Shown: one piece after another, positions 30,369-38,400 of the stretch | How positions within the stretch are numbered: position 1 is the first letter of the stretch | How the letters are laid out: each line of letters starts with the position of its first letter | Assembly (NCBI GenBank): GCA_963782055.1 | Contig: CAWAIF010000003.1 | Coordinates: 1,920,001-1,984,000 of the forward strand | Length of the DNA stretch: 64,000 nucleotides | Direction: 5' to 3' | Source of the DNA: an uncultured delta proteobacterium | GTDB lineage: Bacteria > Myxococcota_A > Polyangia > Polyangiales > Polyangiaceae | Position numbers and translations under genes: made by a program | Notes under the pieces: generated by a model | Database searches by the model: none | Told to the model about the DNA's origin: nothing | What the model saw: only the letters and a program-made list of their open reading frames with translations

Positions 30369-32432
30369 TCACGGGCGGAGGCTCGCAGCGAGGGTCCGGG
30401 CCTGGCGGCCCAGGGCGTCCGGATCGCCCACCCCGAGGCTGATGCTCAGTTGCCCGCCGGCGATGCGGGATCGCACGACGGGCGCCACCATCACCTGGCC
30501 GTCGAGGAGGATGGCCATGCGCCGGTCGATCCAGTCCCCGGTCGCCTGCTCGAAGCGGTCGGCGGCCGCCGGGGAGAGGGTGACGAGCACCGAGGCTGAG
30601 CCCCCCGCGTCGAGGGGAGCGACGGCGTCCTGGACGTCCGCCGTGGTGATCAGGGGCTTGCCCGTCAGCAAGTAGCTGCGCCAGCCTGTCATCGTCTCCC
30701 GGCCCTGCGGCGTCGTCTCGCTCGTCCGTGCGACGCCGAACCGGTGGCCGGCGGGGATCGGGACCTCTGCTAGCCAGCGCTCGAGGCGCGCGCGCGCCGC
30801 CGCCTCGTCCTCGCCCGCACGCCGGTCGACCGTGGCGTAGGCGACGATGCGGGTGGCGCCGTCGTCCCCCGGCAACGATTCGTGCAGCAGCTCCACGCCG
30901 TCGCTCGGGCGCGCGTCGGAGAGGACGTTGGTGTCGTCGTCGATGCGCACGATCTCCAGCGCGGCGCGGCGCGCGTGCCCGCCCGGCGAGTAGCCGGCGA
31001 CGCCCGCCACGAAGAGCGCGGCGGCCGCGCAGACCGCGAGGGGGATCACGACGGGCCGCGGGCGCGTGGCTCGCGGCGCGCGGAGCTCCTCCGGGCTCGC
31101 CGGCTCCTTCAGCCGCGCTCCTCCCGGCAGGAGGCGCCCGAGCAGATTCATCGCGGCGTCGTGCTCCGCGGCGGGCACCACGATGCGCGCGGGCGCGAAG
31201 GGCGCGAACGCCTGAAGCAGGGAGAGCACGCCCATTCCCTCGGCGCGCGCGTCAATCCCCTGACACTCCAGGACGGCGCGGATGGCGTGCGCCGCGGTGA
31301 CGCGGCGGTCCTCCCAGACGGTCACCCACGCCGCCCCGCCGCGGCGCAGCCGCGCGCTCCGCGTCAGGTCGAGCGTCGCGGCGACGAGGAAGGGCACGAA
31401 CACCAGGCTGCTGCCCGTGGCGAGGTACAGCGCCCGGCTGGCCAGCGCGAGCACGACGAAGAAGAGCACCGAGGGCAGGTACGTCCTGCGGACCGCCGCG
31501 CGCGCCTCCTCGCCCGGCTGCGCGGCGAGCCGGCGCGCCAGCCGGCGAAACTCGGCGGGCCTGTGCATCGCCCAGCCGAAGGCGACGTTGAGCGCGGAGG
31601 CGAGCACGACGACGACCGCGAGCCGCGCGACCAATCCCGCGGGCAGGGGCGGCGCCGGGATGTCCAGCACGCGGAGCGACGACCACGCGCCCGCGAGGGC
31701 GAGCGCCGCGGAGTAGGCGACGATGGACCCGGTGGGCACCGGGACCACGGGGCGCGCGAGCAGGCTGCGCGCGCCGCGGTAGGGGCTGCCGTCGTCGGTC
31801 ACCGCCACGGGCGGGGCCTCCGCCGCGGCGATCGCGCGCAGGGTCGCGTAGGCGACCACGCCGATCGCGAGCGCGGCGACGACCCACTGCCGCCCGTCCG
31901 CGGGCGCGTGCGCGACGCCGCCGACGAGGACCCGGAGGGCCTGGGCGGCGGCGAGCATCACCAGGCCGTTGGCGAGCCCCTGCGCGGTGATGGCCCGCGC
32001 GATGAGCACGCTCACCGCCACACCGGCAGCGAGCGTCAGGGTGACGGTCACGCGGAAACCCCACCCTGGCTCGGTGACCACGTCGCCCAGGCCGGCGGGA
32101 CCGCTCTCCAGCGCGAGCGCCACGCCGAGGCCCTGCAGCAGCGAAAGGGCCGCCGCCAGCCACCCGACGGCGAGGTCCAGCTTCGCGCGGCCCCCGGGGT
32201 TCTCGTGGCGCAGCCGCGACCACGCGGGGACGAGGTACGCGGCGATCTCCACGAGCACGTACGCCGACAGCACGGGCATGACGCCCAGCGCGAGCACGCC
32301 GGCGAGGTAGCCCTTCCCGAAGGGGACGAGCGCCCCGAGGCGCACGCCGGGGAGACGAAGGTACTCGCCGGCGAGGAGGAACGTGCCGATCGCCGCGAGG
32401 GTGAGGCCGAGGCGCCGGGGAAGGGAGGGCAC
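30369..32432 (-). CDS. SecY-like membrane domain fused to a DUF2007-like domain and a SecD/SecF P1-head-like domain
   Basis: SecY-like LPGV, VLALGVMPVLSAYVLVE, GRAKL, LTLAAG, ITAQGLANG; middle AIRAVLECQGIDA; C-terminal ADRFEQAT...RRMAILLDGQVMVAPVVRSRIAGG (SecD P1). Confidence 0.72.
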   Translation of the reverse strand: MPSLPRRLGLTLAAIGTFLLAGEYLRLPGVRLGALVPFGKGYLAGVLALGVMPVLSAYVLVEIAAYLVPAWSRLRHENPGGRAKLDLAVGWLAAALSLLQGLGVALALESGPAGLGDVVTEPGWGFRVTVTLTLAAGVAVSVLIARAITAQGLANGLVMLAAAQALRVLVGGVAHAPADGRQWVVAALAIGVVAYATLRAIAAAEAPPVAVTDDGSPYRGARSLLARPVVPVPTGSIVAYSAALALAGAWSSLRVLDIPAPPLPAGLVARLAVVVVLASALNVAFGWAMHRPAEFRRLARRLAAQPGEEARAAVRRTYLPSVLFFVVLALASRALYLATGSSLVFVPFLVAATLDLTRSARLRRGGAAWVTVWEDRRVTAAHAIRAVLECQGIDARAEGMGVLSLLQAFAPFAPARIVVPAAEHDAAMNLLGRLLPGGARLKEPASPEELRAPRATRPRPVVIPLAVCAAAALFVAGVAGYSPGGHARRAALEIVRIDDDTNVLSDARPSDGVELLHESLPGDDGATRIVAYATVDRRAGEDEAAARARLERWLAEVPIPAGHRFGVARTSETTPQGRETMTGWRSYLLTGKPLITTADVQDAVAPLDAGGSASVLVTLSPAAADRFEQATGDWIDRRMAILLDGQVMVAPVVRSRIAGGQLSISLGVGDPDALGRQARTLAASLRP

Positions 32433-32538
32433 GGAACGGGCGTACCCCGTCGGCCGACCGCGGGCAATGCGCCCCTCCCGCTCGCGGCGGTCCCGGCGGG
32501 CATTGAGGCGGAGATCCCTTTCCTCTAGATCAGCGTTG

Positions 32539-33774
32539 GTGATCACCTTGCTTCGCCTCGTCCGATCGCGCGTCTGCCTGGCGGGACTGCTGCTCCTCGC
32601 CGCCGCATGCGCCTCGCATGCGCCGGCCGCGGGCACGGCGGCGATGGCGGCCGCTCCTGGCGCGACGGGCTCGGCCCCCGCCACGGCGCCGCCCGTCGCG
32701 CCGTCGCCCGTCGAGCTGGTGGAGTCGGCGCCGGTGGAGACGACGCTCGATCACCCCGAGGTGCCCAACGCGTCCGACGTCTGGGTCCAGATGATCGACG
32801 GCGCCCGCCGGTCGCTGGACATCGGCGCCTTCTACATCAGCGACGCGCCGAAGAGCCGCATGCACGCGGTGCTCGAGGCGATCGACCGGGCCGCCGACCG
32901 CGGGGTGCACGTGCGGCTGCTGGTCGAGCAGATCTTCTACGCCAGGTACCCCGCGTCGGTGGACGCGCTGGCGCGCCACGCCAACGTGGAGGTGAGGCAC
33001 TTCGACATGTCCAAGACCATGGGCGGCATCCTGCACGCCAAGTACTTCGTGGTGGACCGGCGCGAGGCCTACGTCGGCAGCCAGAACTTCGACTGGCGGT
33101 CGCTGGAGCACATCCAGGAGATGGGCGTGCGGCTGCGCAGCCCTGCGCTCGCCGCGGAGCTGGACAATCTCTTCCAGGCGGACTGGGACGTGATGGGCGG
33201 CGCGCCGCCGTCGCGCTGGAAGCAGGCGTGGCACGGCCCGGTGATCGCGCGCGGACCCGGCGTCACGGTGAGGCTGGGCGAGAGCCCGGACGGCTACCTT
33301 CCCGACCCCTCGCTGAGCGAGCTCTCCGGCCTGGTGCGCTGGATCGACGGAGCGGAGGCGCGCGTGGACGTGCAGGTGCTCACCTACAAGGCGAAGATGC
33401 GCGACGGCTCCCCCTTCACCACGCTGGATGACGCCCTGCGACGGGCGGCTGCGCGCGGGGTGCACGTGCGCCTGCTGGTCTCCAGCTGGGGGGCGAAGGC
33501 GGAGACGCTCCACGCGCTCGCCAGGGTGCCTGGCGTGGAGGTGCGCGTGCTGACGATCCCGAAGTGGTCCGGCGGCGACATCCCCTTCGCGCGCGTGGCC
33601 CACGCCAAGTACGCGCTCTTCGACGACGACAGGGCCTGGGTGGGCACCGGCAACTGGGAGGGGGACTACTTCCTGAAGAGCCGCGACATCAGCGCCTTCG
33701 TGGAGGGGCGCGCCTTCACGGCGGAGCTGCGTCACGTCTTCGAGGACGGCTGGAAGATGGCCGCCCCGAGCTGA
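32539..33774 (+). CDS. Phospholipase D superfamily lipoprotein (PLD3/K4L-like)
   Basis: Two HKD motifs, HAKYFVVD..YVGSQNFDWRS and HAKYALFD..WVGTGNW; LAAAC lipobox. Confidence 0.88.
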   Translation: MITLLRLVRSRVCLAGLLLLAAACASHAPAAGTAAMAAAPGATGSAPATAPPVAPSPVELVESAPVETTLDHPEVPNASDVWVQMIDGARRSLDIGAFYISDAPKSRMHAVLEAIDRAADRGVHVRLLVEQIFYARYPASVDALARHANVEVRHFDMSKTMGGILHAKYFVVDRREAYVGSQNFDWRSLEHIQEMGVRLRSPALAAELDNLFQADWDVMGGAPPSRWKQAWHGPVIARGPGVTVRLGESPDGYLPDPSLSELSGLVRWIDGAEARVDVQVLTYKAKMRDGSPFTTLDDALRRAAARGVHVRLLVSSWGAKAETLHALARVPGVEVRVLTIPKWSGGDIPFARVAHAKYALFDDDRAWVGTGNWEGDYFLKSRDISAFVEGRAFTAELRHVFEDGWKMAAPS

Positions 33775-33810
33775 AGCCGACGCGTCCGGAAATCGCTCCG
33801 TGGCGAACGC

Positions 33811-34275
33811 GAGGGGCCCCCCCTCACCCGTGGTGGTCGACCTCCGGCAGCGGCTTGCTCCTCAATCGCCCCGTCGCGAACGCGAGCGGCGTCAGCGTCG
33901 GCGTGACGGACCCCGCCAGCGGGAACGCGGCACCGACCACGTTCCTGGGACGGACCTCCATGACGCACGGCCTCTGCGGCTCGACGTGGCTGAAGGCCCA
34001 CGTGGACCCCACCACCACTGGACCGCTCGGCCATCCTGCGGGAGACTGCCCGTAGGGAGAACGAGCGATGAGCCGCCGAGGTCCGCCCCGTGCAGCCCAC
34101 CAGCCTCCCCGATGGCGCGCGCCCGGCGCGCGACATCGAGGGGAGGGGCGCCACGCGCAGGGCCCACGCGCAAGCTCGCGCGCGCGCCGGAGCCCGTGAT
34201 CCTGCACCCACCGATCGGCGCGCGCGCGAGCGAGCATGGGCCCGAGCATGGCGCCTGGAGGGGCCCCCCTCACCC
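33811..34275. repeat. 18-19 bp direct repeat flanking an orphan ~430-bp segment
   Basis: GAGGGGCCCCCCCTCACCC (33811-33829) and GAGGGGCCCCCCTCACCC (34258-34275) differ only in C-run length. Confidence 0.6.
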
Positions 34276-35382
34276 CTTCTCCTTGAGCACCTTCTGGATC
34301 ACCGACCAGGCCGCCCCCGCGTCGCTGTTGACGTCGTCCCAACGCCCCGCGAACCGCCCGCAGAAGGAGCTCTTGAGGATCTCCGGGAGCATGCGGCGCT
34401 GATCCCCCTCGAAGAGGGGATGCTTGAGGAATACACATACCTCGTCGGTCGCGCGCACCGAGAGGCTCGCGCGCATCTCGGGGGCGCGGCGCACCGCGGT
34501 GGCGAGCGCCACCACCTCCTCCAGGAGCGCCTTGCCCACCTCGGGGTGGCGCGCGGCGAGCAGCTTGGTCTCCTCCTCCGGAGGCGGGTAGTCCATCTGC
34601 AGCGGCGCGAACCGGTCGAGCTGCGCGGCGTCGATGCCGAAGGTCCCGGAGAACTCCGACCCGCGGTTGATCGCCGCGATGAACTGCACGTTGTCCGGGA
34701 TGGGCAGGAAGGTGTTCTTGATGGGGTGGAAGACGCGGCGGGTGGAGTCGAGCGCGGGCATCAGGGCGTTGCGCGCGCTCTCCTGGCAGCGGTTCAGCTC
34801 GTCCAGGAAGACCAGGTAGCGGCGGCCGGGGTGTTCGCCCGCCTCCTCCAGCGCCACCAGGATGTCCGTCTTGACGAAGTCGGTCACCGGCTGGCCGCCT
34901 TCCCCCGCGCGCACGTGGATGGCGGCGAAGAAGTCGCTCGCGTCGACGACCGCCCCGCAGTTGAAGAAGACGAACTCCATGCCGAGCTGCTTGGCGATCG
35001 TCCGGGCGAGCACCGTCTTGCCGCAGCCCTGCGGGCCGTCCAGCAGGATGTTGAGGCCGCTCTCCAGCGCGACCTGGAGCTTCTTGCCGACGACGGGGTC
35101 GATGTAGACGCCCTCCAGCTTGAACTCCTGCGCCCGCACGAACTCCACCTCGATGGTGCCGCGGTCGTCGCGCTCCGGCTTGGTGACCGCCTTGATCCGC
35201 ACCATGCACGGCACCCCCGGCTGGATGCGCACGTCGTCGCAGAGCACCACCTTGGGGGCGCGCTTGCCGTCCAGGTGCGTCGCGCGGAAGCGGAAGCCGG
35301 AGTCGGTCTGCGGGTTGGTCCAGAAGGTGGTCTCCATCACCGCGCCGAGGGTGACTTCTTCGATGCTGAGCTTTCCGGTCAT
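34270..35382 (-). CDS. MoxR/CbbQ/NorQ-type AAA+ ATPase (AAA_5) with N-terminal beta domain
   Basis: Walker A GPQGCGKT, Walker B VFLDELNR, AAIN, DAAQLDRF, SVR. Confidence 0.9.
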   Translation of the reverse strand: MTGKLSIEEVTLGAVMETTFWTNPQTDSGFRFRATHLDGKRAPKVVLCDDVRIQPGVPCMVRIKAVTKPERDDRGTIEVEFVRAQEFKLEGVYIDPVVGKKLQVALESGLNILLDGPQGCGKTVLARTIAKQLGMEFVFFNCGAVVDASDFFAAIHVRAGEGGQPVTDFVKTDILVALEEAGEHPGRRYLVFLDELNRCQESARNALMPALDSTRRVFHPIKNTFLPIPDNVQFIAAINRGSEFSGTFGIDAAQLDRFAPLQMDYPPPEEETKLLAARHPEVGKALLEEVVALATAVRRAPEMRASLSVRATDEVCVFLKHPLFEGDQRRMLPEILKSSFCGRFAGRWDDVNSDAGAAWSVIQKVLKEKG

Positions 35383-35406
35383 GGGTGAGTCCTGGGGGCT
35401 ACGAGG

Positions 35407-38400
35407 CTAGGAGGATAGGGTGCGCGCCACGAGCTGGGCCACGATTCGACCGAAGCGCGCGACGGTCTTGTCGATGGTGTCGTCGTCGCAGACGACGTAG
35501 TGCGGGAAGCACACCTCGGCGAGGGGCTGCACCGCCACCTGCGCGCACACCATCCGGAAGCGGCGAGTGAGGGTGACCACCAGCTCGCGCAGGGCGGCGA
35601 CGGAGCACTCGGTGGGCAGGCCGTCGCTGATCATGACCAGGAGCTTCGCCTTGCGGGGGCTCGCCTTCGCCACCCCGGCGACGTGGTAGAGGGCGGCCGC
35701 GTCGTTGTTGCCGCCACCGGCGTCGAGGGCGTAGGCGGCGCAGCGGGAGGCGTCGCCGCAGTCGTAGATGACCTTGTCGGTGAAGCCGAAGACGCGCAGG
35801 TCGACGCCGCGCATCCCGCGCGCCGCCTCCGCGAGCAGGGTGCCGAAGAGGCGGGCCTTGGCGATGTTGTCGCGCGATTGCATCGACCCCGAGCAGTCGA
35901 TGACGATGCCCAGGAAGAGGTCGGTCGTGACGCGCGTCTCCCGCGCGACGAGCACGCGCGGCTCGCCGCGCAGGATCATGGGCAGCACCCGCGTGCGGTC
36001 CAGGCGGCGGCCTCTCAGGCGCATGCGCTGGGGGACGTGGCTCAGGCCGAGCTGCTCCAGGTACTGGCGCATCAGCCGCGCCGGTCGCTGCACCTGCCGG
36101 GCGAAGGCGGCGTACTCCGCCGCGTCGAAGGGGACGCGCTCGACGTAGGTGATGCGGTCGAAGTCGTTCTTCGGCGCGATGTTGATCCACGGCTTGCCGC
36201 CGGGCACCGACGGGCCCTCGCGGTCGTCGCGGGCGCGCGGGTCGAGCACACGCTCCACCTCCCGGTCGACCTCCTCCTGGCTGATGCCCTCGCCCCAGAT
36301 GATCTCGTCGGAGCGCGACTGCTCCAGCGACTCGTGCGGGCCGAAGCTCTCGACGAGATGGACCTCCCAGCCGAAGAGATCGCGGAGCTGGTGGGCCACC
36401 TCCAGCAGCTCGGGCATGGTCTTGTGGCGGAAGCGGCCGTCGAAGAGCTCCAGCGCCTCGGCGACGAGCGGATCGTCGTGGCGGTTGCCCAGGCCCATGC
36501 GCAGCGCCCGCACGAAGCGGGAGAAGGCCAGTCCGCTCCGCTCCATCGCGAAGAGCAGCGGGCCGCTCTCCACCACCACGCTGTCCGGATCGCGAGAGAC
36601 GCCCAGGCGCGAGATGGGGAGCACCACCGCGGCCGCGGCGCCCAGGTGCGCGAGGAGCTTCTGCACCTCGATGTCGCGGTCGGTGTGCTGGAAGGCGTAG
36701 GCGGCGAGGCGCTTGAGGCGGTCGCCGTAGGAGGCGTCCAGCGCGCGCAGGTTGCGCTCCAGGTGCTCGTCGGCGACCAGGTTCAGCAGCCCGTGGATGC
36801 CCTCCTGCTGCGCCTCGTTCCAGGCGGCGTCCGCCTCCTTGCCGCGGTGGTACATGTGGTGGCCGAGCTCGTGGAGGATGAGACCCTCGACAATCTCCCG
36901 GCCGTTCTTGTCGCCGCGCAGGATGGGCAGCGGCGTGACGAAGACGCGGCGCTCGCGCAGTCGGGTGTGGCCGAGGCTCTGACCGCCGGTCATCTGGACG
37001 CGGTACTTCTTGCCGACCAGCTCCATCCCGGTGCGCACACCCCACGCGAAGGTCTCCGCCACGCGGGTGAGCTTGTGAAAGCGGCCCAGCCCGTAGCGCA
37101 CCGAGTTGGCCGCGCGCTGGCGGATGGGATCGGAGGCCGAGCAGGTGAGCACCATCTCGTAGGCCTCCTCCTTCGCGACCATGTCCACCGAGGTCGGCGC
37201 CAGGTGCCCGAGCAGGGAGCCCTCCTTCGCGAGGGAGTTGCCCGCGGCGAGGAAGGAGCGCGTCGTGGTGAGCACCAGCTCGCGCGGGGCGCCGGCGAGG
37301 AGCGTGGAGGCCCTGGAGCTCTCCAGCTCCTGCTGCATCACCAGCGAGAAGGCGAAGAAGTCGCCGCGCGCGTGCAGGTGATGGGCGGCGGAGCGGCGCA
37401 GCGATCCCATGCGTCCGGTCCCCTCGTCCAGGAAGGCGCGGAGGGCGGCGACCGATCGCGCGCCCTCGCCCTCCGCCATCAGCAGCGGCACCGCGCGCAG
37501 GTAGGCGTGCGGATGCTCGGAGGCGGCCAGCTCGATCGCCAGCTCCAGCGGGGGGACGCCCAGCGCGACGAGGCGGTCCCAGTGCGCGGGCTGGAACCAT
37601 CGCGCCTCCGACGGCTCGCGCGCGCGCTCGATGGCGGAGGCGAGCGCGCCGGCCTCCCCGCGCTCCGCGAACGCCAGCGACAGGGCGAAGCGCACGTCGC
37701 GCGGCGCGGACGTGTCGGCGCTGCGCGCGCGCAGGCGATCGAGGGCGGGGCACCGGTCCCAGAGCGGCACGCTGTCCAGGATGGGCTGCACCGCCGGCGC
37801 GGCGTCGGCCGCCTCGATCACCGCGGCGAGGTGCGCGCAGCCCTCCACCCCCAGCTCGATGAGCCGCAGCGTCGCCTCGTGCACCAGCGCCAGGTGCTCG
37901 CTCCGGCAGTAGGGGGCGATCTCCTCCACGCGCGTGCTCGCCCGGACGCGCGCCAGCGCGCCGATGTCCGGCTCCCGCGGCGGCGGCCGCGGCGGGGGGC
38001 GCGCGGGCAGACCCACCGAGTCGATCCACCGGGAGAGCCGCTCGCGCGTCCCGGCGTCCAGATCGGGGAGCATCAGCCGGACGCGCGGCTCGAAGGGCTC
38101 CGCCACCGCGGGCATGGCGCGCGCCAGCACCCGCAGCGCCCCGGCGCACTGCGGACCGACCGGCTCGCCGAGCCCCTCGAGCAGCGCCTCGAAGGCCGCC
38201 GCGCCGGCGAGGGCGTCGAAGCGGGGGCGATCGCGCGAGGCGAGCACCGCGAGGGCGTCGGAGAGGCCCGCCAGGGCGTCGGCGCGCACCGGGCCGAAGC
38301 GCAGGGCGCGCAGGCCCCGCACCGCGCCGGCGAGATCCCCGAAGAGGGCGACCGCGCCCTCCAGCAGCGCGCGGCCGTGACGCTCCCAGCGCCAGAGCGC

